A stretch of DNA of 64,000 nucleotides, from NCBI RefSeq assembly GCF_009914755.1, contig NC_060930.1; one strand, given 5' to 3'. Under the pieces are notes generated by a model. That model made no database searches. It saw only the letters and a program-made list of their open reading frames with translations, and was not told the origin of the DNA. Shown here in pieces: positions 14,347 through 31,909 of the stretch (position 1 is its first letter; the number at the start of each line of letters is the position of its first letter). A program made the translations under genes and the position numbers. Source of the stretch: the human T2T-CHM13v2.0 reference genome, Homo sapiens.

Positions 14347-15509
14347 AGCCCCCTCATTGAAAGGAACTGGAAGGAACTAGGAGAAAGTCAGGACTCAAGT
14401 GCAGCAGAGCACAGTGGGGAGGGTGGTGCTCCACAGAAATCCGGCTTCAGCTAGTCAAGAAAAAACAAAATCTGTGTTATAAGAACCTGAAAGAAAGAAA
14501 ATAAATAACAGCTAGTAAAGTCAGTTGACCAGAATCTGCAGAATAGATGATAATAGAAACTAGGACATTAGGAATGGAATCAGCCACATTTTTCTAGGTC
14601 TATTTGTCAGTGGGTTTGGGACACAAAATGTTTCTCTTTATCTAGCTATCCAGAAACTAATCCAAAAAAGTGGACATCTGAGTTTGGGCTGGAATAGGAA
14701 GAGTCCAACAGAAATCACACGCACTCTCTAAACTCCATTAGTAAGTAACGGTAAACTCCATTTTTAAGTAACAAATCACAGATAATAACTTGAAAATAAT
14801 TAATAAATAAGATATTGCCAGACAAGCTCTTAAAATATATCATTAAAACAACCAATTCAATATGTGAGAATCTATGTTTAGACATTTGAAATTCTAAAAG
14901 TCAAAATCAAAATGTAAAAATAAGTTATTATAAGTTATTACTTGTAATATTACTGTGTACTCTGTTATATTCTGTATTTAGTCTTGATTATATGTTTTAA
15001 TAACAATTTTATTGGGTAATATAATTTCTATTTGTAGACTGGTTAGTATAATTTATTAGTTCATAATTATGTGATATATAATTTATATATTTATAATGTA
15101 TTGGTTAATACATTTTCAATTTGTAAGATATTACTTGTAATATCACTGTATATTCTGTTATGCTGTATATTTAGTCTTGATTGTATGTTTTAATAATATA
15201 ACTTTATTGGTTAATGTAATTTCAGTTTGTATTTGTAAAGAAAATATTTCTCTAACGTGGTCCAGAAAAAATCCTGTATGAAAAGCTGGCCTGGGGATAG
15301 CTAAGAAAATATCTGGGACAACTAATTTATGGTAACAAAAACTAAAGAATTGTAGTAAGAATAGTAGTTTATTATTTAGGAGTTTATTATTTATATCTAC
15401 TTCTCTACCAGGAATGCTACCTCCCAAATACTACTCACTTAATAAATATTTTTGATTAATTGAATTATAAATTCTGTCTTACTGTATTAGAATATTTGTT
15501 TTATTATAG

Positions 15510-15700
15510 GACTTGTGGATCAGAAAGACATGAGTTTGAATCCCAAATGCACCTCTTAACATCTATGTGTCACTGGAGATATTAGCCCACTTTCCTAATG
15601 CTCAAGTTTCTCATCTAAACATGAAAATTACTAAGACCTACTTTATTTAGTTGTTTTGAGGACTTAATAGCATAAAATATGTCATTGTTAACTTATTCTC
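15510..15700 (+). mobile_element. MIR fragment
   Basis: Degenerate MIR core (GAGTTTGAATCCC...CTCAAGTTTCTCATCTAAACATG). Confidence 0.55.
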
Positions 15701-16649
15701 TGACATGGAATTCCATAACATTATTCTGTTTGAATTGGCAAAGTTAAATGATGAAAACAAAAATCTCTATTTTATCATTACAATCAAGTTTCCCAACACA
15801 TTTACCTAACACGTATTTGATTGTGACGCTATATGTAATTGCAAAATCCTGAGTTGCTTTTTACTGTTTGGATGGTAATTTTCTCTAAAACCTTTCCTGG
15901 GTTTAAAAACAAAAGGGCTTTTCTGACTGGACACCCTCATCAAGGGAAAAGATTGAATGTCTCATCAGGCAGTACGCCCCTGACTGTTTTAAGTACGAGT
16001 CCTCCTGCAGAACACTTAGTTTTGCTCACTGAACCACAAAATTAAAGTACCAAGGAAGAAATCCAGAATAGCAACAATGCCAAAATATGTATCACGTAAT
16101 ACCAAATAGCTTCAAAATTTCTGTATTTACAAAAAGGTTTAACAGATGAAATAAACGAAAGTTTTATGGTCTAAGAAAGGAAGCACAATTTCAGTTAACT
16201 AGCACTTTTCTACTATTCTAAGCCTTTTAGTAAGTGCAGAGGGAATTTGCACTTACTGAAGTATATCAGTGAAAAGATAATTTGTCTTTGAATAGAGTAC
16301 TTTTATCCTATTAATTTCTACCATTACAGTGGGAGATAAGATGTAAGCCAATGACTAACTGAAAATTAACGTCCAAAAGAGAGAAAGAAAAAAAAGAATA
16401 GCTTATGTCACATTATATAATATGTATGCTAAAATAATTTTATATAACCATTTATTACAATCAGTGTCAATTATATGCACTTAATTGTGCTTGATTTGTC
16501 TTTATGGTTATTACAAATCAGTCCCTTTAACAGTAACATTTTATTATTTTTTCATAAAGAACAGAAAACGTGATCTAGAGCAGATATAATAATGATAAAA
16601 AAGGTTAAAAGGTTAAAAGGATAAGTAAAGCTAACTTTAAGAACTTGAA

Positions 16650-16781
16650 TTACTTAATGGTAGAATGTACATTATTTGTGTGATGGTTAGGCTAAAAGCC
16701 CAAACTTCACCTTTACATGATATACACATATATAAAAACTGCACTTGCACCCCTTAAATGTATACAACTACTAATAAAAAA
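16650..16781 (+). mobile_element. L1MA-type 3' end fragment
   Basis: GTGATGGTTAGGCTAAAAGCCCAAACTTCACC...AAAACTGCACTTGCACCCCTTAAAT, followed by an A-rich end. Confidence 0.7.
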
Positions 16782-18819
16782 GCTTTAACTGGATATACTG
16801 GATATTTATTTCTTAAAACTATAGCAATTCCTCTTAGATATTCTAGATATGATGCTAAATAATGAAATTGATGTCTTTTGAAAAACAATAATGACTAAGG
16901 AGAAAATATCTAGACTACTAATTTGAACAAATGATATTTTGAAATCCAAAGAAATTTTCACTAAAGATAAATAAGTATTGAGAAAATTACTAATTAGGAA
17001 AATTGGTAGGTAAACTTTTTAAATTTTATTATAAAATATTCAGATACATAGAAAGCAAAAAATAATGCAAGGTTACACATATGCACTACCCATGTTAAGA
17101 ATAAAACATGACCAATTCAGTTTAAACCCCCGTATATGTTGCCAAATATATTTTATCCTCTTCTACACACAGGTAACCACTATCATTAATGTAATATTTG
17201 TCATTTTCTTGAATTTGTTTATTTTACATAAATATACATACACACAGTTATATTTTCTCTTTTCACTTTATTTGGCTTACTGTGTCTTTTTTCTAACTTT
17301 GGGGAAAACTTAGCTCATTAATTTTCAGTTTTTCTTCTTTCCTTATGGAAACGTTTAAAGCAATATATTTTTATCTAGTTATTACATTAGATACTTTTCT
17401 AAAGTTTTGTTATCAGTGACAGTTATTCGCTGTCACGGAGTCCCAAATATGTTCCTTTTTCTGTTACATTTTATTTGATATTATTTAGAAGGTATTTATT
17501 TTACACTTTCTTCTAAAATAGATTCCTAATTTTATTGCATTGTAGTATAACCCTAAATTATATTAAACCAAATCTTTGACATTTTTGTGACCCTATTTAT
17601 GGCCTAGCACATGGTCAGCTTTTGTAAATGTTCCATGAATGCATGTGAAAAATGTGGCCAATTATTCCTAACAAAAAGTTTCAATATCTGTAAACAGCTA
17701 CTTCTGTTTAAGACAGTTTGCAGCACATTGGAATTGTACTTTTGATAATTCTATTGAAGTACACTGGAAAGCACTTATGAGATAAATGTGCAAAGCTATT
17801 CATAGCAGTCTGCTTGAAAGAAAATTAATATCACCCAAGAGAAAAGGAGGGAAAAGAAGGGCAAGGGCACAGGCAAACAAAGGAAAGGAAAGCAAAAGGT
17901 CTGAGTGTTCACTATACAGTACCTACATCAGTAGTGTGGACTTGGTAGTGGTTTAAGAGGAATTTTCTACCTACTAGTTTATATAGTATTACATTGTTCA
18001 CTTCCATATTACTTCAACAAAACATATGGAGTAAAGGAAAGGAATTGGGTGGTAGAATTATGAAAGAAAAATTATGCACCATAATTTCCATTCATATTTC
18101 TTTTCCTGCAACAATGATGTGTTAGTTTGTTCAACAAAGAATATGAAAAGCCATTTCTGTAATCCAGAATAGAAAACTGAGCTTCTGCATAACACCAATA
18201 ACATGGGAATGGTCATTTGCAGAGGGATTCTAGAAATAAGCAGGAGATGGAATCAATGTGTCATGGTGGCTGATTATATCTATGGAAACAATAAGTTTAC
18301 GAAAAAATTAAGAAAGGTGGTCAAGTTATAGAGATGGACAACGAGGTAAATTGTCCTACCATTTTCTCAGCTAAGTAAAACAAGAGGAAGGAAAAATTTT
18401 TAGGGGAAGGAAAGTGGTTGTGAATGCTGAGTTTACCCATAGCATTTAGGTGAAAAAGTTTGGCAGACAACTGACTGTGAGTGTCACAATATATGTGCAT
18501 AAATCTGTGCTTATTTCATAGTTGAAATAATAGAATTAAATGACATTTTTGGTATAAAAATTTATACTTAAAATATGTGAACACTTTCCTCTTCTACTGT
18601 CACCAGTTTCAGCTTTGATGTTAGTTATTGTTGAAATCGTTGACATTATCAGCAGTTATGCCAGCTTCAGGGTCTGTGCATCCCAAGATACTGAATTTTC
18701 ATTAAATCATTAACACTTCCAAATTACATTAGAAATAAGCCAAGGGATGGTTAGCAGGGAAGAAGGCCACACAAAGGGCTTAGTTACTAAATATACCAGA
18801 TATGTAAGCTGACATGATT

Positions 18820-20070
18820 TTCTAAACAGCTTTATTGAGGTGCACCTGATATAGAATAAACATCACATATTCCCAAATGGACAACTTGATGAGTTTTGAC
18901 AAACGTATACACCATGAAATTATTACCACAATTAAGATAAGGAACATATATATTGCCCTCAAAATTTCTTCATGCTCTTTGAAATTCCTATTTCTGATCT
19001 TCCCTACACACATGCCCTCTACCCTCTGTCCCTAAGCAATATGTGATATACTTCCTGCCATTATAAAGTTGTTTTTACTTGCCAGAAATTTATAAAAATA
19101 GAATCATGCAATATATGCTCATTTCTGTTTGCCTTTAAGCAAAACTTATACTGAGTTTCATCCATATTATTAGGTGCTTCAATAATTTTTTACTGCTGAG
19201 TAGTATTTCATTGTATTGATATACCACAATTTGTCTATCCCTTCACCTGAATTTATTTGGGTTATTTCCAGTTGTTGTTAATTACAAACAAAGCTGTTAT
19301 GAACATTCCTTAAGAAGTCTTTATATAAATATATGCTTTCATTTCTCCTGGGTAAATACTTAGAGGAGTGAAATGGCTGATTCATTTTGTAGAGGTATAT
19401 TTATCCCTTAAAAAAATACTGTCGAACTCTTTTCATAAAGGTATACCATTTGTATTATGAACATAAGTATATGAGAATTCTAGTTGGTTTACATCCTTGC
19501 CAATAGTTAGTATGGTCAGTCTTTTAAAATTTTTAACACTCTAACTGATATTTCACTGTGGGTTTAATTTGTAGTTTCCCAATAAATAATGATGTTCAGT
19601 AGTTTTATCATGTGTTTATTTGCCGTCTGCATATCTTCTTTCTGAAGTGTCTGTAAAATATTTTTGCCTATATTTAATTTGGCTGTCTGTTCTTCATATA
19701 TTCTATATGCAAGTCTTTTTATCAAATATGTAACTTGCAAATGTGGCCTGACTTTTCATCCTCTTAGTAGTGTCTTGAAGTACAGAGGTTCTTACTTTTT
19801 CTGGAACCAATTTCAATATTTTATTTTATGCATCATGCTTTCAATGTTGTTTCTAAGAAATCTTTGCTTAACCAAAGGACACAGATTCTCTCCTATGTTT
19901 TAGTCTAGAAATGTTTGTTTTAGGTGACACATTTAGGTCTATGGTCCAGTTTTTGGTAAATTACTGGATGCAGCACAAGATACTGATGCAAGTTCATTGT
20001 TTTACATGGGAATATTTAGTTGTTTCAGCACATGAGTAGAAAATACTAACCTTTCTCCATGAATTGCATT
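18820..20070 (-). mobile_element. L1MC/L1MD-type 3' end and ORF2 C-terminal fragment
   Basis: AACAGCTTTATTGAGGT...GAGTTTTGACAAACGTATACACC..., followed by degenerate antisense ORF2 3' sequence. Confidence 0.8.
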
Positions 20071-22407
20071 ATATGGTCTTTATTTTTACTTTAAAAGGGC
20101 AACTATGCATGATGATATATGATACTATCTATTATAAAACTTTTCAAGTGGTAAAAATGACCTATAAGGGCATGAATTGCCTTAAAACAGGGAACAAATG
20201 AAAAAGAATGACCTGAAGTCCTCAAATGGATTAATATTGAGCCACAGTTGAGAATCTCCTACCTGTTAATCCTTACAGTCAGACAAATATTCTTTATCTG
20301 CAATGTAATAAATTAACTTTCTGGAGGCAGGAAACTAATTAGATAATCCCATCTTATCCCAGAGGTTCTGTGATTCTAGAAAGATCTGGGAGTGAATGCC
20401 CCTTTTCAACCGCAGTTAGCATTTATCAGTAGAATTTAGGATACTATGTTTTGTCACACTCAACTTGAGGAATCATTACATCTTCAAAATTTAATTTATT
20501 AAGATTGATAGTTGAGAAAAAGATTATTATTTGCATTTTGGCATCTATATATTGCAAATCAAATGTGATATGTTGGTAAGAAATAGAGCTCAAATACCAA
20601 CAGAGGTAAAGATTGTTTTGATACTAATTAGTGTTGCCAGAGTGAAAGCTTACCCACATGTGATTCCTGTTAGGATCGAGGTTTATTAATCACTTTTGTT
20701 TAGTGAGACCCTTCTGAGAGATGCTGCCATGAGTTAAACAAATATTATGTAAAATTTTTAAAATAATAATTTCATCCAAAATTGAGCTCAATTCACTTTT
20801 CAGGGATATATGAACAATCTAAAGGTGTCATCAGAATTCTCAGGATTAAGTAGAAGCAATTCTACTATTTTCTGTGTTAGTTATCGAAAAAAATCCCCTC
20901 TGTGATTCTCCAGGGATTTGCTACCATCTTTATTGTCTGAAAAAGAATTTGATACGTCATATTCTCTATTCTGTTCATATTTTAATATCTGAAGCCTATG
21001 CTCATGATCCAGACATTTACAGTAATTACACTCTAGCCATCTACTTCTAAAATGCAAATATCCGTAAGTAGATAAAATTAAGCTCTACATACATCTTAAA
21101 GAATGGGTTCTTAAACTCAAATTTACAGCCCCTCTTTCCCAGAAGCCCCTAAAAACATACCCTTGAAAAATACCAAATGTTGTATTCAGGACAGTGTCTA
21201 GGCCATAATCAGATATTTAGAAAGTCCCTAAGTGAAGAGGCATTAAGAAACAACATGAGGTATAGTTCTATTAGATGACATCCTGGTGGCTTTATTCATT
21301 TAGTGCTATACTAAGGATTTCTCATGTTTTTACATTGTGTTCATAATATGAATTACAACATACTACTGTATAGTGTTGTTTTCTCATTATGTACCTATCA
21401 TCTTTATTTTCATTTAGTAGCATTTGTTATTTTCCTATTGCAAATAATCTTTATCATGTGTATTTCATGTCTATATTTTGGTGCAATTTCCAAAAGTTGG
21501 CTAACTCTAAATAAACATTTTCTATAGCTCAGGTATAATTAAGCTGCTTTAAGTAAAATCTTTATTCTAATAAAAAGAGTCTTACAGAATGCATAAGTCT
21601 TTCCAGAATTCATTTTGATGAAACAGCTTTGCTGATGACCTATCTCGACATTACTGGGGGCTGTCAGCCTGAACTCCAGGCACACTGCCAAGTGAGGACC
21701 TTACCTGACTTTAGAAGGCCAGCTTGGCCAGTTTAGCTCTATTTCAGGAGAAGTAGACATTAAGGCCTACAGTCAATGGAACAAAGTGCTGCTATAGCAT
21801 TGTCAAGTCCAGAGTGCTCTTAGGGAAGGATGGAGGCGGTTGCCTAGCAAGAGGATACTGCTTTCACTGTCCGGGTTGTGACGGGGGAAAAAAAGTTTTT
21901 GGTATAGGACTTAGGTCTCTGTTAAAAGTCAGTATCAAGCTCTGACGTGGATGCATTTTAAAAAGGCTTTGAATAATCCTATAGATATGAAAACATACAC
22001 CAGTTCATGCATCAAGATCCTGTGACCAAATCAGATCCGGTGCATGTGAAAATAACAAGGTAACACATAACATGTGCTGAGTACCATGCAATATGTCTGA
22101 GCTACACATATGAACAAAGCATGGCTTCTGTGTGTTAGAAGGACATCATTTAGCGGGAGAGAAAAGACACAAAAATAACACTGTAGGAAGACTACTATAA
22201 TTTTAAGTACTCTGTGTGAAGAACTTAAAAAACAACTACAAAAAGTACAAATGAAAATGATTTTTAAATAGTATAAAATTGTTCTATTGTATTGCAATAG
22301 AATTTGAATTATTTGGTTGCTGAATAGCAGCAATAATCTGACTTTCTCCGTAAACGAGACTTTAGTTCAAAGCCATCATCGAACATCTCCAGGACATGGG
22401 CTTTCCT

Positions 22408-22844
22408 TTTTTTTTTAATTTTTATTTTAAGTTCAGGGTTAAGTGTGAGGTTTGTTACATAGGTAAACTTGTGCGATGGGGGTCTGTTGCACAGATTATT
22501 TCATCACCCAGGTATTAAGCCTAGTACCCATTAGTTATTTTTCAGATCCTCTCCCTCCTTCTGCCCTCCACCCTCTGATAGGCCCTAGTGTGTGTTGTTC
22601 CCCTCTATGTGTCCATGTGTTCTCATTATTTAGCTCCCACTTATAAGTGAGAACATGTGGTACATAAACCAATAGAACAGAATAGAGAACCCAGAAATAA
22701 GACCGCACACCTACAACTACGTAATCTTTGACAAACCTGACAAAAACAAGCAATGGGGAAAGGATTCCCTATTCAACAAATGGTGCAGGGATAACTGGGT
22801 AGCCATACGTAGAAAATTAAAACCGGACCCCTTCCTTACACCAT
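22408..22844 (-). mobile_element. Older L1PA (L1PA8-13-like), 5'-truncated with 5' inversion
   Basis: An antisense 3'UTR with poly-T (22408-~22661) is joined to a sense ORF2 piece (~22662-22844). The TSD is GACATGGGCTTTCCT (22393-22407) / GACATGGAATTTCCT (22845-22859). Confidence 0.9.
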
Positions 22845-22989
22845 GACATGGAATTTCCTAGCAACAGCCTTCAGCCATTCAAATAAATATCATATCAACA
22901 GTGAGGCATACTTGTGAGTGGGTCCTTCTCATGAGAAATCTGGGGATCCCTGTTAGACTAAATATGCTAAAATGCCTATTCCTACTAGA

Positions 22990-23135
22990 CCTTGTACCTC
23001 ATAAAAGCACAATCTATGATTTATTTATCTTTATATACTATGTCACCTAGCAAAAGCACTGACAGTGTTAGTGTTCAGTAAACAGTCTCTGAATAGATGA
23101 ATGAATGAATGAATGAATGAATGAATGAATGAATG
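22990..23135 (+). mobile_element. L2 3' end with expanded (GAAT)n tail
   Basis: CACCTAGCAAAAGCACTGACA...TTCAGTAAAC, followed by (GAAT)n at about 23099-23134. Confidence 0.7.
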
Positions 23136-24078
23136 TATGCATGGATTTCTTCCACATAGTATGAGGTTGCAGTGAACTGCCAAATGTTTAACTAAATTGG
23201 GTATTAAGGAATTTCTCTCTGTGTGTGTATGTGTTCCTGCATGTGTGTGTGTGTAGCTAACTAGAAAGACATGAGGACATTTCATTATGTCAAACTGTTA
23301 ATGAGAATTGTATTTAATTAAAGAGTCCATGCAGGATCTTACAAGTCTGCTTTACTATAAATTATCCTGTTATATTAAAAACCTGTGTATAAGTAAAATA
23401 GTTTATCAAATGATAGTTACTTTTACTTAATTGGAATGTTATCAGTGGAGATAGTCTTATGACTCAACTCATGTCATGTACACCCATATACATCTACACA
23501 CATTAGCAAATCTATGAAAATAAGTTGACTTGGCTGTTACTTTTTTAATATAAAAAAAGTTCCAATCTTAGGATGAAAGCTGAATGGAGATTTAGGCAGC
23601 TGTCTCACAATGAGGTTATATCAAAATTGGCTACAATAAAGATTCAAATAGGAAAATATTGACAGTGTACTAACTGAAATAAGTATTCTATTAGGTAACT
23701 TTCTCTTTGGATAATGTTATAATTTTTAAACCAGTATAGCACACTGAATTTTAGTGAAAATAAACAAATATTTAGAAATTACATTTTGTTAGGGAATTTG
23801 AATATACAGTCATATGTCACTTAACAGGAATACTGTCTGAGGAATATCCTTAGGTGATCTTGTCACTGTGAGGACAATATAGCATCAGAGTGCACTGACA
23901 CAAAGCTAGAAGGTGTAGCCTACTACACACCCAGGCTAGATGGTATAGCCTATTGCTCCTAGGCTACAAACATGAACAGCATGTCATTGTAATAAATACA
24001 ACAGGCAATTGTAGCACAATGGTAAGTATTTGTGTATCTAAACATACGAAAGGTATAGTAAAAATAATGTTATAATTA

Positions 24079-27118
<3,040 letters not shown>

Positions 27119-30100
27119 TGTTATGTGATGCATGGCTGTATTTTTAAGCAGTGTGTTTAAATTTATATACACTGTTTTAAGCAAAAGTAGTGTTCTTAAG
27201 TTGGAAAATCATATGTTAAATATTAGCTTTTAGTACAATTTATTGTAATGGAAATTTTGACAGGTACTTCTGGTACTTAACCAAATAAGTGATAGTTCCT
27301 CTAGGCTACTGCTTACCAAAGGGGCATATACATTACAGTAAACAAAATCATGTGGAGTTCAGATGATCATTCTTAGAAACTTGATTGAATATAGTCTTGT
27401 CTTATCTTACTTCAATATTCAACTATTCAGTTCCCTAGGAGAATATCATGAAGTTTAGACCTTCTATGTATTTAAAATAATGCTGAGATATGCTAAATTA
27501 TATTGCATTAATCCTTTAATAACTATTCCTTCAAAAAGGTGGAGGGAAAGTAGTCTGCTGCCTATTTGTATGGCTTAGTTTATATTTTAACAAACTATAG
27601 GTTGGTATGGTCCCCTTCATGAATATGCATATGTGGTACAAAGACATGATATTGACATAAATAATGTAATGATTCATTACTTCTTTTGAAAAATCATCAT
27701 TCGATTTCTGAAATTAAGCCATTACCTGGTTCCTTCTGGCAGCTACTATTCTAGAGTCTTTCTCTCTCTCTCTCTTTATCACGCCACCACCAGGTGGCCT
27801 ATATTTCTATGTTTCTTTTCTTCTTTGGGAAGAGGGGAGAAGGATTCTGAGGTTGGGTGCTATGTTACTCTCAGAAACCCTGAATGGTTACCCGCCTATT
27901 GGGACTCTACCTGCTTACCTTGTAGAAACTGGTCAATTCTTAAAGGTGAGTGATTTGTTGACCTGTTTGCTTAATTTCCCACATTTCCTTTGTAGTTTTC
28001 AGGCATCTGGTGTTTCTCAACTAAAATTAAATATTGTAAAATGTGGCACACAATTGTTAAAATACAAAATAATTTTCTTTCTTTTCTTCAAATATGATGT
28101 GAAAGTGGAGTCCTAGACCCTAGGATACCAAATCATTTTCAGTAAATGCTTCACTGTAGTGTATATTAACAGTTGGATATCGCATCCCATTCTGCCAACT
28201 TCTAGATGCTGAGGTAGGAAAAGAAGAGGTGCTGAGATTGTAGTGGAACACTCATCAGTGGGGTCAGGGCTCCTGCTGAGATGGCCACTGGGTCTCATGC
28301 TCTTGGGTACAGCTGGTGGCAAGTTCCTGTAATCAGAAGCCATCACTAGCAGAAAGACTCTACAGTCATTTTAATCAGTCTTTGGCAAAGCTGGCAGTAA
28401 ATGTACTAAGTGGATACATTTTCCTGAAAATTGCCACTGTAGCTTTAGTGTTCTGCTTGAATTGAGGCAGCATGATATAATGCAGAATCAGAGAGGATAG
28501 AATCAAACATTCCACTGGTTCTCAGCCTACATTTATTCTATAAAATTATTCTGTTTCTTGATCCAGGGAACAGCACTGTAAATTATTCACAAGGTAGATA
28601 TCCAGAAGGCATATACAGCATATCTGAAGTATTATTTAAATGCACCCTAGAATATTTATACAATAGTAAAGAGTTGAGAAATGAGATATTTTCTGTTTCA
28701 TTTAAGCAAAATATGCAAGGTTAATTCTATTAAAATTTTAGGGCTTTTTTCAGCTATATGTATGTTATTTAAACTATCTAATGATTCTATAAGGCTTTAA
28801 TAAAAAACAGCAGCCTCCTCTTCCTCGCTCCTCACCCTACTTCATAACAGCAAAGGTTTTCATCTCTTAGCTAGTGAGCTAGGTACAGGATTCAAGTATT
28901 TACCCCATAATTCTAAAGCAACATGTTTATTCTGCTACATCAAGATTTGTTTCCATTTCCTATATTTTCTATTGACTTTCTATTATGGAAGATGGAGATG
29001 TACTTCTCCTATGTTTCTGTTCTCACTCACTTCTCCTCCATCCATCTTTCAAAGTATAATTTTGATTAAACCAGCATTCAGTGTTTAAATTATTATTACT
29101 ATTTTAACATAACTCAGAGATGAGCCATGATAAGTATTAGAATTACATTTCCTGTCTTGTCTGATGTTTTGTTCTTCCTGGGGTTCTTAATTACTTCAGT
29201 TTCCCCATTGCCTAGTTTTTTCATCTATCATTCATTTTCCTCCTTAAATGCAAATCTTTTTTCAACTCATTAAAAAACGAGTAATCTCTCAGCTTTTTTC
29301 AGTATGGAAACTTGTTCCTTGCTCTACTAAAAACTTATAAAATATACAAAAGATAATAGGAATAACTTTGTGAATACCCATGTACCCACCCACTCTTCAG
29401 TTTAAGAAATAAAGTATTACATGAAACGTGGAAGTCTTCATGTTCCTTTCTCTAATATACCCCCATCCACCCATATAACCTTTATCCAAAATTTAGTGGT
29501 CATTATTCCTATCTATTGTTTCTCACTTGTTCCATGTATAGAAAACACTAAAGCAAAATATATTACAGTTTGGAATATTTTAAAATATTTTAGAAATATT
29601 ACTACTGTATACTATACAAATTATTTATTCTTCCTATTTTTTCACTTGACATTTCCATGTTTACAGGATTCGTTTATGTTGACACATGTAATTGTAAGTT
29701 ACTGACTTCCACTGCTTAACCACTATGTTGAAAATGCATGACTAGTGATAGTAAACATGAAGCCATTTCACTTTGTCTTTTAATGTCACTTGAAATCCTC
29801 TGTGCGGTTTATTACTTCCAAGACCAGAAAGAGAAAAATTCTTAAAGATCCTATGATTAAATGGGTACTCTGAGAACTTTAAGACACAGAAACAGTCTCA
29901 CTTCAGTTTAAAAGATATAGTCATGTACGATTACAAATGTCCAAATTTGATTTAAAATCTAGGTTTCTTCTCTCTTTCAGCTTGCCTTTATATAAAAAAG
30001 AAGCTTGCAGCCACCTAGAAAAAAGGATCTGGTACTTTTTAAGCTGTTGATTGTCCCTCTCTCTACTCTGTATCTTTCAAACATAAGGGAAAGTCCAAGA

Positions 30101-31909
30101 GTTTGCAAAGCTGCTCACCCCAACATATTTGAACAATCCAACCACAGCCAGTAACTTCAACTTTTAGACTTTATATGACCACAGTAATTCCTATTTGTTT
30201 GAGCTGCCATTAAATGACATTGTTGGTTGTTACTTGCAACCAAGTATACTTCAAATGATGTGATATACTTTTTAATATTATTAGAGCAATTTATCTGCAT
30301 CTGTTGTTATAATCATATGGGTTTTTTATTTTTTCTATTTTAATCTGTTACCATGGTGAATTACCTTAAAGGTTTTCTATTGAGAAAATATTTTTGCATT
30401 TCTGTGATAAATCTAACTTGTGTATGTACATATGTATCTACATACATAGGTATGTGTATGTTCATATCTATCCATATATATATATATTCTGGCCTCTTAC
30501 ATGATTCCTTCTAAAACTCTTCCTTCTAAACTTAGATATGTACTCAATATTCTCATTTCATCTCATCCTTCATAATTTCCACTTTTTTAAAACTCTATGA
30601 TTTAAATTCTAATAATTGTGCCTGCCAGTTTACAAATTCTCTTCATACACATATTTCATTACTGTTAATCCAGTATATTGAATTTCTAATAAATTTTCAA
30701 AATTCACATTGGACTTCTTTAAGCCTACCTTTTTAAATAGTCTTTTAGCCTTTACTTATTAATATACTGTTTCATTTATTTAAATATTTTGAACATATTT
30801 ATTTTCTATTTAATGACTAAAATTTCAGAATCTGCAGTTGTTGCTGAGATGCTTCTAGACTTTATTTCCTGAATCTTACTCCTGTCATCTTTTTCTTCAT
30901 GCAATAAGTAATGTTTGATGAATTAAAGTTCCTTAGAATTTTACCATTAGGAATGATTGAATCTTGGCTTAAAGTTAGTTTTCCCAGAGATTTCATCCTA
31001 AGGCCCTGAATCTTGAGCTAATCTCAGTTTATTAACGTCTGGCAACATATTAGGGTGTTAGTAGTCTATCATAACACACTTTCAGATTTAAAATTTCAAG
31101 GGCAAAATTTCCCATTTCCATACTAGGTTCTTTAAGTTGAAATTTTCCATAAGTTTTGCATTCTTATTTCTCATCTCGTTGTTATTCCTGAAAAACCAAA
31201 GTTTCAAAACCCCAGAGTAGAAGGAAATTATTTTTCTAACAGGAGAAAGATGTTTAATCATCTGCGTTTACATTTCAAGCTGTGTATGAAGATAACTGAC
31301 ATGCTTTCTGATAGGATGCATGCATTGCTATCTAACAACTTTATAATTTTCAAATTATCATACCTCATTTACATCTTATAGAATATTTGTCTTAATTTCC
31401 CATATTTATCAGTTTTTGAAAGTTTTAACTCAATGTGGAAGAACTAAGATGTAGTTAAAGGTGGTAAAGAAGGGGCTGAACAATCATTGTGTCATATTAA
31501 AACTCTAATTAAAAATCAAATGCTGAAAGTGATGACATTAATAGGTACTATTGATGAAAAACAGGTTGGCTAGAGATTAAAATAGTTTGAAAAGCAATAT
31601 TTCTATCATTTTTTTCTACTTCAATGTAGCTGCAATTTGTAGCATTTTGTTCTGCTCCATGAGTCAAGTATAAAACTTAGCTTTGTTCATTTGAAACCTC
31701 TAATGGTGTTTATACAAATATTATTATTGTACTGTATAGACCTTAAATAAAGTTGAAACCCATTGAGTATAACATTCGAAGAAATGGCTTACAAAAACTA
31801 AAAACCAGAACAAATCTTGAAACATAGCTGTCCCAGTTGGCAATAAGTTAATTGTGATTTCAGTGGTATTTGTTTCCCTTAATATATTTCAGGGGCAAGT
31901 GTCACCAGG

